In this document: piece by piece, positions 19,825 to 31,326 of the stretch | Numbering within the stretch: position 1 is the stretch's first letter | Layout: the number at the start of each line of letters is the position of its first letter | Assembly (NCBI GenBank): GCA_903893805.1 | Contig: CAITNM010000046.1 | Coordinates: forward strand, 70,437-134,436 | Direction of reading: 5' to 3' | Length of the DNA: 64,000 bases | DNA from: an uncultured Alphaproteobacteria bacterium | GTDB taxonomy: Bacteria > Pseudomonadota > Alphaproteobacteria > Paracaedibacterales > CAITNM01 | Translations under genes and position numbers: made by a program | The notes under the pieces: generated by a model | Databases searched by the model: none | Told to the model about the DNA's origin: nothing | The model's input: only the letters and a program-made list of their open reading frames with translations

Positions 19825-22800
19825 ATGGTTAACTTCTTTTTAAAACACCCCATAATTGCTATTGTTTTGAATGCCATGTTGCTGGTCATAGGCTGGCTCA
19901 GCCTTCAGCATTTACCCTTGTGCGAATACCCTCAGGTAAAAATTCCTGAATTTACTGTACACACTCATTACCATAATGGCGATGCTTCCTACATGGAAGA
20001 AATCGTAACGAATGCTATTGAAGACAAGGTCATGAGTCTTCCTGGAATAGAAAAAATTCAATCTGAAACAAGTCAGGGAAGCAGCTCTATTTTTGTAACG
20101 TTTAAAGTGGGGACAGTTATTGATACGGCGCAAATGGGGTTGCGTGAAGCTGTTTCTCAGGCGAACTTACCAAAAGAAGTTCCACAACCAAATATTGTAA
20201 GACGCGGGTCCAAAGACAATAGCCTTCCCTTTTTCTTAATTTTAGTGGAATCAAGCAATAGCACTCCAGAAGACTTAACGCATTACACCAACTGTATACT
20301 ACGCCATTCTTTTAGAGGCATAGATGGCGTTGCTGAAGTTGAAGTGTTAGGTTCACCCTACCAAATGGACATCGCTCTCTCGGGGAAAAAAATGCGTCAA
20401 TTTGGCATTAACGCTAATACCGTTTTTACAGAAATTGAAACATCTTTGAAAAACCAGCCCTTAGGTAAGCTTTATGATATTTACCCCTTACGCCTTGATC
20501 GACCATTGAACAAACCAGAAGATTTTAAAAAGATTATGATCCCCTCGCAAAAAAAGCCAGCAGTTATGTTGGGGGACTTTAGCGCAGTAACGTTAAAGAA
20601 AAATAATGGTGATTTTCGCTTCCACGTAAATGGCAAGCCTGGTGTTGCCATTCAAATAAAAGAAACCAGCACAGCAAATCCGTTAGAAGTGTCTGATGAA
20701 TTGCATGAAAAAATTAATGGTTTAAAAAAGACGCTGCCCAAAGGAACAGCTTTAAAAGTAATTGTCGACCAGGCTGAATTTATTAGAAGCAGCCTTAATC
20801 AAGTACGCAATAGTCTGATTGAAGCTATTATTTGCGTAATGATAGTAGTTGGCTTGTTCCTGGGGTCTGCACGCCTTAGTTTAGTGCCACTGATCACTAT
20901 ACCCTTATCATTGGTAGGATCATTAGCTGTGCTAATGGCGTTTGGCTATTCAATCAACACCTTAACGCTCTTGGGCGCTGTGCTTGCCACAGGACTTGTT
21001 GTTGATGATGCGATTGTGGTTTTGGAAAATATCAGTCGCCGACAAGCCACAATAAAGAGCACTTTTGAAGCTGCACTTTTAGGAACTAAGGAAATTTCAT
21101 TTGCAATCATCGCAATGACCCTAACTTTAGCTAGCGTCTATTTGCCAATCATTTTTCAAAAAGATGCCCTGGGACAATTGTTTTCAGAATTTGCCGTAAG
21201 CCTTTCTGCAGCTGTTATTATATCGGGCATTACCGCGATCACGCTAACCCCATGGATGAGCATGGTCGCCATTAAAGATCATAAAGATCATAAAGTTCAT
21301 AAAACACCCATAATCATTTCTTGGCTTGAAGGAGCGTATGCAAAGATAAAAGCAAAAATAGACCTATGGCCAGCTTGGGTTTTTGGATGCATTTTTATAA
21401 GCTGTATTGTGGGCTCGTTTGCCATGATCAGTACAATTCCCAAAGGAATTGGTCCTAAGGAAGACCGGGGCGTTATAGGCCTTTGGGTGCCATCGATGCC
21501 AGGAAATAGCATGGATGAACGCGAACAAATGGCTTTTGACCTTGATGAACAAGTAAAGAATCTTAAAGATGTTAAGGAACGCATAAGTTTTATTGGTAAT
21601 TGGGGCTGTTCAGTTTGTTGTATACTAACGCCACCAGGCAGCCGCACCCACAGTGAGCAACTATACAAAAACCTCCAGAAAGCAGTTGACACTAACATCC
21701 CCTACACTTGTTACTCCTGGAGTATTTCCACTGGAATTCCCGGAATGGATAATTACGGCCAAGCTTCAGATATTCAATTGGCAATTGTAAGCTCAGCACC
21801 ACTTAAAAACCTACACGAATCAGCCGAGCAAGCAATGAGAGTAATTAGAAAAACCAAAGCATTTACTCAGGTGCATCTTGATAAAACCCAAAATACAACT
21901 GCCCAAAAATGTACAATTCATCCCTATTTAGCCCAAAAGTTCAAACTTAAACGAGAAGATGTTTTAGGAAGCATTGAAATTTATTTGAGCGGCAAAAAAC
22001 ATTTAAATTTCTTTAAAGATAATCAAAGATACTCCGTAAATTTGCATACAGAATCTTTAGATCAAAACCTAAATAGGATATTCATCCCTAATGATGAAGG
22101 CCATCTGTTTTCTCTAGGCGCAGTAGCTGCCATTACCCAAGAACAAATTCTAGAGCCCATACTACATTTAAACCAAAAACGCATGATGCTTATTAAAATG
22201 ACTGCGAATCCTGGTACTGACGCGGAAAAAGAAAAACACGAGGTAATAAATAAGCTAAGGGGAGCGCTGGTAAACCAAGAAGCCTTTGGATGGCTGGATA
22301 GTGATACAATAAGTGCCAGTAATCATGAGCGTATGATCGTGCTATTTCTAACTGCGTTGGTGTTTATATACGCTATATTATGTATTCAGTTTGAAAGCTT
22401 TTTCGACCCTGTCTTAATTTTGCTAACTGTTCCGTTTGCAACATTTGGGGGATTACTTTGGATTTGGTTAAGTGGACAGACTTTAAATATTTTCTCTCAA
22501 ATTGGCTTAATCACGCTTATAGGGTTAATTAGCAAACATGGTATTTTGCTGGTTGAATTTGCTAACAATGCACACAGCGAAATTAAGGATTGGAAACTAG
22601 CATTCGAGCAGTCGGTTAATAAACGTTTTCGTCCAATCATGATGACAACCGCCGCCATGGTGTTAGGTTGCATCCCTTTAAGCCTAGCGTCTGGCCCAGG
22701 AGCAGAAATTCGTCAGTCCCTGGCAGGAGTACTAATAGGTGGCTTATGTTTTGGAACGATAAGTACTTTGTTCTTGTTTCCAAGATTAGCTGCTTTTGCT

Positions 22801-22863
22801 AAGGAAGTTAATGCGAGAGAGATTATTATTTTTATTAGCAACAAAATGAAAAATAATAAATAA
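19825..22863 (+). CDS. RND family efflux permease (AcrB/AcrD/AcrF type)
   Basis: 1012 aa with the 12-TM RND layout. Conserved GLVVDDAIVVLENI (TM4) and LISKHGILLVEFAN blocks. Confidence 0.9.
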   Translation: MVNFFLKHPIIAIVLNAMLLVIGWLSLQHLPLCEYPQVKIPEFTVHTHYHNGDASYMEEIVTNAIEDKVMSLPGIEKIQSETSQGSSSIFVTFKVGTVIDTAQMGLREAVSQANLPKEVPQPNIVRRGSKDNSLPFFLILVESSNSTPEDLTHYTNCILRHSFRGIDGVAEVEVLGSPYQMDIALSGKKMRQFGINANTVFTEIETSLKNQPLGKLYDIYPLRLDRPLNKPEDFKKIMIPSQKKPAVMLGDFSAVTLKKNNGDFRFHVNGKPGVAIQIKETSTANPLEVSDELHEKINGLKKTLPKGTALKVIVDQAEFIRSSLNQVRNSLIEAIICVMIVVGLFLGSARLSLVPLITIPLSLVGSLAVLMAFGYSINTLTLLGAVLATGLVVDDAIVVLENISRRQATIKSTFEAALLGTKEISFAIIAMTLTLASVYLPIIFQKDALGQLFSEFAVSLSAAVIISGITAITLTPWMSMVAIKDHKDHKVHKTPIIISWLEGAYAKIKAKIDLWPAWVFGCIFISCIVGSFAMISTIPKGIGPKEDRGVIGLWVPSMPGNSMDEREQMAFDLDEQVKNLKDVKERISFIGNWGCSVCCILTPPGSRTHSEQLYKNLQKAVDTNIPYTCYSWSISTGIPGMDNYGQASDIQLAIVSSAPLKNLHESAEQAMRVIRKTKAFTQVHLDKTQNTTAQKCTIHPYLAQKFKLKREDVLGSIEIYLSGKKHLNFFKDNQRYSVNLHTESLDQNLNRIFIPNDEGHLFSLGAVAAITQEQILEPILHLNQKRMMLIKMTANPGTDAEKEKHEVINKLRGALVNQEAFGWLDSDTISASNHERMIVLFLTALVFIYAILCIQFESFFDPVLILLTVPFATFGGLLWIWLSGQTLNIFSQIGLITLIGLISKHGILLVEFANNAHSEIKDWKLAFEQSVNKRFRPIMMTTAAMVLGCIPLSLASGPGAEIRQSLAGVLIGGLCFGTISTLFLFPRLAAFAKEVNAREIIIFISNKMKNNK

Positions 22864-22925
22864 ATATCGTAATTCTTGTTAATTTGTGATATTATATAAT
22901 TTTTTTATATAATTAACTATATATT

Positions 22926-24296
22926 GTGATTTCTCTAAAAAGAATGGTTCTTTGCCTTTTTATTTATTTTTCATTTTTAAGTGCCTCAACGGATACTGAA
23001 CCTTTAGAAGAATTGTTTATCTCTCAAACAAAAAAGGCTATTGAAACTACTTTGGTTGAGCTAAATCACGCAATTGATTCCAGTGATTCTCAAAAATGCA
23101 GTAAATGCACAGAGGTTCTTTATGATGCAGTTAATGCAGCTTTTCCCTCTGGAGCAAATATAGACTCATCAATACGATCTTATTTACACGATATTAGACA
23201 TCACTTAGCACTTTTAATAAATTCATTTACCGAACAGCCATCTCTAGAACTAAAAAATATTCAAGCTGCAGGGATTGAAGTTTTAAGCCGCTTAATTCCT
23301 AAAATTTATCAAAGTAATCAGCAGACATCATCTCATTCTAATTTTTCTTTTGAAAGAATTTCTACCCTTGTCGAAAGCACAATTCATTTAAGCGCGTACC
23401 ATGCAAAACAACAGGCTGTTGAGTTTATCTACAAGCCATGTGCACAGTTAGAAAAATTTATAGTAACTGATGAGAACGTTTATTTAGCAATTAGGCGAGT
23501 TCTTTTTAATTTATTACACAATGCAGTGCACTATACCTCTAGTCAATTAGAGAAACGTCAAGTAATACTTCGAACGACCATCGTCGATGCCGCAGAAAAT
23601 AAACCTTCATACGCACAATTTATTATCACCGATACTGGTGTGGGGATCTCTTCAGATGATTTAAAAAAATTATTTACACAAGGATTTCGTGGCAGCCAAG
23701 CAAAAACATATACTGGTTCTGGAACTGGTTTGGCTACTTGTAAAAAGCTAGTTGAAGAGATTGGTGGAGAAATACATGCCATATCTCTTGGTAGAGATCT
23801 TGGCTCCTGTTTTTGGTTTAAAGCACCAGTTTTGTTTGATGAAACTGCTGTTACTGCCTTCACAACTGCCATTGAAAGAAAAAGAATTGCTCCATGTAGC
23901 ATGAAGATACTAATTGTTGATGACAGCCGCGTAATACGAAGAGGATTAAAAAAAACTATTAAAGATGGCATTACTGGAATATCTGATGGAAATATAGTTG
24001 AAGCAGCAAGTGGTGAGATAGCCCTAAAAGAAAATATTAGTGAATACGATTTAATTTTTATGGATCAAGAATTAGGAAGTCTAAAGATGAGCGGACTGGA
24101 AACTACAAAAGCAATTCGGACCCAAAATATTAATCAGCCTCTTATTATTTCTATATCAGGTAATACCGATAATGCTTCAATGACCGCATCCTTAGCAGCC
24201 GGAATAAATGACTTTTTCCCAAAAGAAGGAAAAACAGAGGCACTCTGTATATTTTTAGGAAAGTATTTTTTCTTTGAATCAAGTGTGCTTGATTAA
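22926..24296 (+). CDS. hybrid sensor histidine kinase / response-regulator receiver
   Basis: H-box-like LHDIRHHLA, HATPase N/G boxes (LLHNAVHYT, DTGVGIS, GSGTGLATCKKLV), then receiver KILIVDDS..FMDQEL. The N-terminal ~200 aa are unassigned. GTG start (ATG at 22944 is an alternative). Confidence 0.75.
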   Translation: MISLKRMVLCLFIYFSFLSASTDTEPLEELFISQTKKAIETTLVELNHAIDSSDSQKCSKCTEVLYDAVNAAFPSGANIDSSIRSYLHDIRHHLALLINSFTEQPSLELKNIQAAGIEVLSRLIPKIYQSNQQTSSHSNFSFERISTLVESTIHLSAYHAKQQAVEFIYKPCAQLEKFIVTDENVYLAIRRVLFNLLHNAVHYTSSQLEKRQVILRTTIVDAAENKPSYAQFIITDTGVGISSDDLKKLFTQGFRGSQAKTYTGSGTGLATCKKLVEEIGGEIHAISLGRDLGSCFWFKAPVLFDETAVTAFTTAIERKRIAPCSMKILIVDDSRVIRRGLKKTIKDGITGISDGNIVEAASGEIALKENISEYDLIFMDQELGSLKMSGLETTKAIRTQNINQPLIISISGNTDNASMTASLAAGINDFFPKEGKTEALCIFLGKYFFFESSVLD

Positions 24297-24306
24297 TATT
24301 ACACAA

Positions 24307-24492
24307 ATGATATTCTCAAGCAGTTATTCAGAGTTTTCAAAGAACGTGCTAACGAAGCTTATTAAACAAGAATTGACAGCACCCAAACGCCATCAGCCTA
24401 TAATTCGCGGATGTTTTGTCTCTGCCTTATTGGCTGGAATTTGCATGCTATCCGTTCCGTTTTATGTCATTTATAAGCTTATTAGACGCTGA
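24307..24492 (+). CDS. hypothetical small membrane protein
   Basis: 61 codons with a C-terminal TM segment (CFVSALLAGICMLSVPFYVIY). Its stop overlaps the next gene's start (TGATG), which suggests translational coupling. Confidence 0.3.
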   Translation: MIFSSSYSEFSKNVLTKLIKQELTAPKRHQPIIRGCFVSALLAGICMLSVPFYVIYKLIRR

Positions 24493-25994
24493 TGTTTGAT
24501 ATTTGCATTGTAGGCTCAGGCCCATCCGCAGTAATAAGCGCTCAGTCCTTCCTTGATAAGGGTCATAACGTTTGCCTTATTGACGTAGGAACGGAAAATA
24601 AACACAAAGTTCCTTTTAAACATTTTGGTGAGCAGCTAACTCCTGAATCAACATTTTTCTATCCACCAGAAGATGAGACACTTACTACGGAATCAGGTGG
24701 TGCCCAAGTTACCAAAGCACGAGAACACGTAATCACTAATGTGCATAAATATTTGAAATTAAAATCCGATACCTTTTCCTCATTTCAAACCTTGGCAGCC
24801 GGTGGATTAAGTGCTGCTTGGGGAGCAGCTTGTTTTACATATAGTGATGAAGATCTTAAGAAAGCATCTATTGGTGATCTTCAGACGCATTATGAAGCTG
24901 TGGCTAAAATAATTGGCATCTCGGGACCAAAGCAATCACAATTTTGCAAAATAGAAAATAAACAGAGACCAGCACTTCTAGACCACAATGGACAGTCTAT
25001 TTTAAGTCAGCGACAAAAAGCTTTTAAACTTGAACAATCATGTATGGCCATGCTAACTGAGCCATTAAATGGACGAAAATCTAACCCCTATTTTGATATG
25101 GATTTTTACAGTAATTTTGGTGATTCAATTTTTCGTAGTGATTCTCTTTTAAAAACCCTAATACAACACCATAATTTTACCCACATTCAGGGAGCATTGG
25201 TTACATCGTTTAAAGAAATTGATCAGCATGTTGAAGTGAAGTATCTAGAGATTTCATCTTCCATCACAAATCAGGTGATCGCTTCTAAGCTAGTGATATG
25301 CGCAGGGGCGCTCAATTCATATCGACTGGTAGCGAACAGCCTAAAAATATTTAATACGCCCAATCCCATACTTTGCAATCCATATCTGAACATTCCAACA
25401 ATTCATTTGCCGAGTCTTGGTAAAAAAGGGGCCCACCTTCGCTACAGTTTGTCACAAGTTTTTGGGGAATTTCATGGCAATACAGATATGACTCTGCAGT
25501 TTTATAGTTATCGCTCTCTGTTGTTATCTCGGCTTATTGAGCAAACACCTATGCCACCTTTCTTTGCTCGTCTGTTTTGGCGAAGCTTAGTAGAATCACT
25601 AGTTATTGTTGGTGCTCATTTTGCTGATGATGGAAAGTCCCAAAGGTCAATTCAAGCAGACCAAGAAAAACCAGAAGAAGCACTGCCAACTTTACAAATT
25701 GACTACCCCTACCCTGCTATTGACGGCACGTTTTCTTTAATAAAAAATTTATTAAAACTACGCTGCATGCCCATAGGCATTGTGAAAACAAAAATGGGCG
25801 CAAGTATTCATTACGCCGGCACTATCCCTGTAAGCACCCCGAATCAACATCCAATTGGTATGAATGAACAAGGTCTCGTACACACGACAAAAAATGTTTA
25901 CGTTTTTGATAGCTCAGGATGGACTTACCTACCGTCACGTGGCTTAACTTTCACGATTATGGCAAATGCGCATCGTTTGAGTGAAGCATTATGA
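24492..25994 (+). CDS. FAD-dependent oxidoreductase (GMC-like)
   Basis: N-terminal dinucleotide fold ICIVGSGPSA..CLIDVG. The C-terminal HYAGT...VYVFDSS..P.....TFTIMANA resembles the GMC oxidoreductase C-terminus. Confidence 0.65.
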   Translation: MFDICIVGSGPSAVISAQSFLDKGHNVCLIDVGTENKHKVPFKHFGEQLTPESTFFYPPEDETLTTESGGAQVTKAREHVITNVHKYLKLKSDTFSSFQTLAAGGLSAAWGAACFTYSDEDLKKASIGDLQTHYEAVAKIIGISGPKQSQFCKIENKQRPALLDHNGQSILSQRQKAFKLEQSCMAMLTEPLNGRKSNPYFDMDFYSNFGDSIFRSDSLLKTLIQHHNFTHIQGALVTSFKEIDQHVEVKYLEISSSITNQVIASKLVICAGALNSYRLVANSLKIFNTPNPILCNPYLNIPTIHLPSLGKKGAHLRYSLSQVFGEFHGNTDMTLQFYSYRSLLLSRLIEQTPMPPFFARLFWRSLVESLVIVGAHFADDGKSQRSIQADQEKPEEALPTLQIDYPYPAIDGTFSLIKNLLKLRCMPIGIVKTKMGASIHYAGTIPVSTPNQHPIGMNEQGLVHTTKNVYVFDSSGWTYLPSRGLTFTIMANAHRLSEAL

Positions 25995-26800
25995 AAATTG
26001 CAATTACTGGTTCAAACGGTTTTATCGGCAGCGCTTTAAAAGTGGCTTGTATTCAAGAAGGAATCGAAACAATTGGTTTGTGTAGAAATCCAACTGCTAA
26101 TGATACGCTGTTTGATTTAAATAACCCAGAGACATTCAAAAATATTCCCAATGATGTAACTGCTCTTGTGCACGCAGCATATACAACACAGGCAAAAGAC
26201 CTAAAGAAGTCCTCTCAAGCCAACATAGAAGGCTCAAAGGCACTTTTTGACTTTTGTCATAAGGCTGGTATTCCTATTATCTTTTTGTCTTCGTGCTCTG
26301 CCCACGAGAATGCCAGGTCATTTTATGGACGTTCTAAATACCAATTGGAAAAGCATCTTTTACCAACTGATACAATCATTCGACCTGGATTCGTTATTGG
26401 TTATGGCGGTATTTATAAACGCCTTGAAAATTCAATTAAAACGTTGAAATTCGCCCCATTGTTTTGGGGAGGCCAACAACCTTTGCAAATTATTCATCTT
26501 GATGAGCTGGTGCAAGGAATTATAACGGTTATCAAGAAAAAAATTTCCGGAGTACATACTCTGGCACACCCTACTCCCTATCCTATCAAAGATTTTTACG
26601 CACTCATTTTCGAAAAATTAGGACTCAAGCCACGATTTGTAAAACTGCCGGGCGATTTAGCTTTAACCATTTTAAAAATGGCAGAAGCCTTAAAAATTTC
26701 TCTGCCACTTACTTCCGAAAATTTATTAGGGCTTAAATGCCCAAAGGTATTTGAATCTGATTGCGCTAAGCTTGGTTTTGAACCAAGGCTTTTTACGTAA
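25991..26800 (+). CDS. NAD(P)-dependent epimerase/dehydratase family protein
   Basis: MKIAITGSNGFIGSAL Rossmann motif and YGRSK (YxxxK). ATGA overlap with the upstream oxidoreductase. Confidence 0.7.
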   Translation: MKIAITGSNGFIGSALKVACIQEGIETIGLCRNPTANDTLFDLNNPETFKNIPNDVTALVHAAYTTQAKDLKKSSQANIEGSKALFDFCHKAGIPIIFLSSCSAHENARSFYGRSKYQLEKHLLPTDTIIRPGFVIGYGGIYKRLENSIKTLKFAPLFWGGQQPLQIIHLDELVQGIITVIKKKISGVHTLAHPTPYPIKDFYALIFEKLGLKPRFVKLPGDLALTILKMAEALKISLPLTSENLLGLKCPKVFESDCAKLGFEPRLFT

Positions 26801-26809
26801 ATTATAAAC

Positions 26810-26844
26810 AATAAAAAAACAGGCCCCAAATTGAGGCCTGCTTA
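26810..26844. repeat. 35-bp direct repeat copy 1 (hairpin plus reverse-strand T-run, terminator-like)
   Basis: AATAAAAAAACAGGCCCCAAATTGAGGCCTGCTTA is identical to 28115-28149. CAGGCC/GGCCTG stem. On the reverse strand the hairpin is followed by TTTTTTT. Confidence 0.9.
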
Positions 26845-26864
26845 TATTGGTAAAGAAATTAAAA

Positions 26865-28004
26865 TTATCCTTTTACAAATGTCATACCAACAGTTCCAGG
26901 TAGTCCATTTGAATTCTTCACAAGTGACGCAGGCCAATCAAGATGAATACTTTGTAAGCTGCTTTCTGGCGTAGATTCACGAACAGCTCTTACTAAAGAG
27001 ATTTCAGTAAAACCATAAGACCCAGCATATATGGCTATTTTCCCTGGTTGCAAAAGGTAAGAAAGTCGTTCATCTGCGTCATTATCACGAAGAATGTCTC
27101 TAAATTTTTCAATATCGACATCACCTTCATGGTACGATTTTCCAGGAATGTATTCTGCGGTACTTTTTAGATATCTAGTACCTTTTTTATTAAAAAGAAC
27201 TATTGCACTTTCTAGTCCTTTTTTTGTGTTGTAGACCGAAAGAGCTTGAGCAAAAAATGCGGATCCCATTTCTGGGCTTTTTGCATAATCAGTTGTCATC
27301 AATAGCATCGCTCCGGTTTTCATTGACTCCTCAATACGTGTAAGTGCCAAATTCCATCTTGTTTCGGGGATGTAGTGCACAACATTAAACGCTAACATTA
27401 CATGATAGTGATCCATTTTAAGAAAATTCGTTACATCATGACGAGTAGCAGTTACATGAAAATATTCTGGGTATGCAGTATTTACTAATGTTGCTAATGC
27501 CTGAAGTGCTGGTTGATGTGCTGGATTAATATCATACAAATCAAAATGAATTGGGCGATCCAAACACCATCCGTAGTCTCTATAAGTAGTGATAACCTCT
27601 GACATAAGTGAAACAGCACTTAGCCCTAGTCCACAACCTACATCCGCTATATTCGTGTCTAAAGTTTCGATAGCAGTTTTATGCCAACTATCACGTCCAG
27701 TCAACAAATTTACTGTGAAATCTACTGGCGCTTGATTCTTTGCAGTGAATGACTTTCCATAAGTAAGACCACTACCTGAGTGCGTAACAGAGCCGGTTGG
27801 AATTTCAGTAATTATTGAATTGCAAACATAATCAAAGGCTTCTTGTGGCGTCCCAAGCGTTGGAATGTGCATTCCAGGATTTAAACACCTAAGATAGTTT
27901 GCTGCCAATTCCGACGATGTAGCACTAGTTGATTCAAAAATTGCTGCATAACTCACGTTTAAAAGGCAGGTAACAATTAAAATAAAACGTTTAGAATATT
28001 TCAT
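26865..28004 (-). CDS. exported class I SAM-dependent methyltransferase-like protein
   Basis: Signal peptide MKYSKRFILIVTCLLNVSYAA. Motif I IADVGCGLGLSA, acidic post-I LYDIN, motif II-like MLAFNVVHYIP. AGGA Shine-Dalgarno upstream. Confidence 0.65.
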   Translation of the reverse strand: MKYSKRFILIVTCLLNVSYAAIFESTSATSSELAANYLRCLNPGMHIPTLGTPQEAFDYVCNSIITEIPTGSVTHSGSGLTYGKSFTAKNQAPVDFTVNLLTGRDSWHKTAIETLDTNIADVGCGLGLSAVSLMSEVITTYRDYGWCLDRPIHFDLYDINPAHQPALQALATLVNTAYPEYFHVTATRHDVTNFLKMDHYHVMLAFNVVHYIPETRWNLALTRIEESMKTGAMLLMTTDYAKSPEMGSAFFAQALSVYNTKKGLESAIVLFNKKGTRYLKSTAEYIPGKSYHEGDVDIEKFRDILRDNDADERLSYLLQPGKIAIYAGSYGFTEISLVRAVRESTPESSLQSIHLDWPASLVKNSNGLPGTVGMTFVKG

Positions 28005-28114
28005 TTATGGTTCCTATCGATAAATTATCTGAATTTAATACTGAAAGTAATATAGATATAACAAATAGATATAACAAAATGTAATTACAATACCTATTAT
28101 TTTGAAATATTTGT

Positions 28115-28149
28115 AATAAAAAAACAGGCCCCAAATTGAGGCCTGCTTA
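28115..28149. repeat. 35-bp direct repeat copy 2
   Basis: Perfect copy of 26810-26844, located between groEL and the methyltransferase gene. Confidence 0.9.
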
Positions 28150-28160
28150 ATAAAAGATAG

Positions 28161-28180
28161 ATTCCCGTTTTCACGGGAAT
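28161..28180 (-). terminator. hairpin immediately downstream of groEL
   Basis: ATTCCCGT-TTTC-ACGGGAAT is a perfect 8-bp stem. Only a weak T-rich tail follows on the reverse strand. Confidence 0.4.
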
Positions 28181-28195
28181 GACATAGTAGGTGGA

Positions 28196-29863
<1,668 letters not shown>

Positions 29864-29885
29864 TTAAATATATGAATTGAGTAGA

Positions 29886-30182
29886 TTAAGCAGCTTTTTC
29901 AATGATGCCCATGATGTCGGATTCCTTCATCACTAGGTAATCTTGGCCGTCAATCTTAATTTCAGTGCCTGACCACTTACCAAACAATACGCGATCGCCT
30001 GATTTTACGTCTAAAGCAACAAGACTTCCTTGCTCATTACGTGCACCAGATCCAACCGCTACAACTTCGCCTTCCATAGGCTTTTCTTTTACCGTGTCTG
30101 GGATAATGATCCCGCCAGCAGTTTTTCCTTCTTGTTCGATGCGTTTGACCATTACGCGGTCATGCAAAGGGCGAAATTTCAT
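29886..30182 (-). CDS. groES: co-chaperonin GroES
   Basis: [18 protein letters not shown].. with an AAGGAGAG Shine-Dalgarno sequence just upstream. The track ORF is extended 19 codons upstream of the real ATG. Confidence 0.95.
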   Translation of the reverse strand: MKFRPLHDRVMVKRIEQEGKTAGGIIIPDTVKEKPMEGEVVAVGSGARNEQGSLVALDVKSGDRVLFGKWSGTEIKIDGQDYLVMKESDIMGIIEKAA

Positions 30183-30228
30183 ATGCTCTCTCCTTTTGAT
30201 ATAGTTTTTACAATTCAAGATCAGCTTG

Positions 30229-30255
30229 TTAGCACTCAATCTTTATGAGTGCTAA
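30229..30255. promoter_or_regulatory. CIRCE operator (HrcA binding site)
   Basis: TTAGCACTC-N9-GAGTGCTAA is a perfect match to the CIRCE consensus. It lies 47 nt upstream of the groES ATG. Confidence 0.88.
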
Positions 30256-30281
30256 TTTAGCAAAAACACAGGCAGTGTCAA
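30254..30281 (-). promoter_or_regulatory. candidate sigma-70 promoter of groESL
   Basis: The reverse strand reads TTGACA (30281-30276), a 16-nt spacer, then TAAATT (30259-30254). The -10 element abuts or overlaps the CIRCE arm. Confidence 0.5.
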
Positions 30282-30501
30282 GGGATAAGATTTTAAGAGA
30301 GGTCATTTTTTATACAAAAATAGGCACCTAACTTCTCTCTATACAGAATGTCTTTGTTAACAATTTGTTCATCTTAAACATGGTATCCCTAAATTATAAT
30401 GTTCTTTGAATCAATTTTTATCAAAACGATCACATGGATTTTTTAGTAGATAAATATTGAACTATTATTTTAGAATAAGATGTGTTTATGAACTATATAT
30501 T

Positions 30502-31326
30502 ATGACTAGAATCTTATTTTTGTTGTTATTTGCAATGTTACATTGTAGCTACGCAGCCTCTAAGGTTTGTTGGACTTCAGAACAAGATGAGCAATTAATA
30601 GCTAGTATTGAAAGACATGCTGGGAAATCTTGGTCAATAATAGCTGAAGGGGTTGCAGGCAAAATAAACAAGCAATGTCGTGAGCGCTATATGTGTCAAC
30701 TAGATCCAATGATAGATAAAAGTCCTCTTTCTGCTGCAGAAATTTTAACACTTGAATTAGCTGTTCAGGAACTCGGTCCAAAATGGGGTGAAATTTCAAA
30801 GACATTATTCACATTACCCAGTGGAAAAAGAAGAACAGACTTACACCTAAAAAATATTTGGCATTCACAACACAGATCAGAGGTAGGAGGAAGAAAAAGC
30901 ACAGCTTCACATAAAAGGCATTTAGAAGAAGATTTTACTACGATACCACAGCGAGTTTTTTCAGCACTTCCTTCAATTAGTTCAAGCAGCACTAATAAGA
31001 AAAAGAAAGTTCTACACTCTACGGTCATAAGTAGTGTTTTCCGTGCACAACCACTTTATTCATCAACCACCTTAGGTAGCACCCATCTTTTCTCTGCCCC
31101 TCCACTTTTATTAAGTGGTCAACCGCTCTTACTGCCATCTCTCTTAATGCTATCTAGCAACGCGACTCCAACAAGAGATTCATCAGATAGCGACACTTTC
31201 TTACAGCTCTGCTCCAGCAATTCAGTAAGTGATCAGCAGTCTTTGTCCTCAACAAGCATTGTGGCAAACGAAACTTTAAGTGGGCCTGAACTTGCAAAAA
31301 TATTTGAAGAAGGTGGCTTTTGGTAA
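30502..31326 (+). CDS. exported protein with eukaryotic-type R2R3 Myb/SANT DNA-binding repeats
   Basis: Signal peptide MTRILFLLLFAMLHCSYAAS. Then W-x19-W-x..NKQCRERY..LDP..DK and ..GPKWGEISK..RRTDLHLKNIWHS (nt 30571-30867), compared with c-Myb GKQCRERWHNHLNP and RTDNAIKNHWNS. Basic patches (NKKKKV) and a Ser-rich tail. The track starts at TTG 30457. Confidence 0.7.
   Translation: MTRILFLLLFAMLHCSYAASKVCWTSEQDEQLIASIERHAGKSWSIIAEGVAGKINKQCRERYMCQLDPMIDKSPLSAAEILTLELAVQELGPKWGEISKTLFTLPSGKRRTDLHLKNIWHSQHRSEVGGRKSTASHKRHLEEDFTTIPQRVFSALPSISSSSTNKKKKVLHSTVISSVFRAQPLYSSTTLGSTHLFSAPPLLLSGQPLLLPSLLMLSSNATPTRDSSDSDTFLQLCSSNSVSDQQSLSSTSIVANETLSGPELAKIFEEGGFW

Noticed and set aside
21274-21300. 3 x 9-nt tandem repeat AAAGATCAT AAAGATCAT AAAGTTCAT (KDH KDH KVH) inside the RND permease gene.
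   Set aside because: It is tiny, in-frame, and sits in a linker region of the transporter. It could vary by slippage, but there is no evidence of function. Noted only as a possible length polymorphism.
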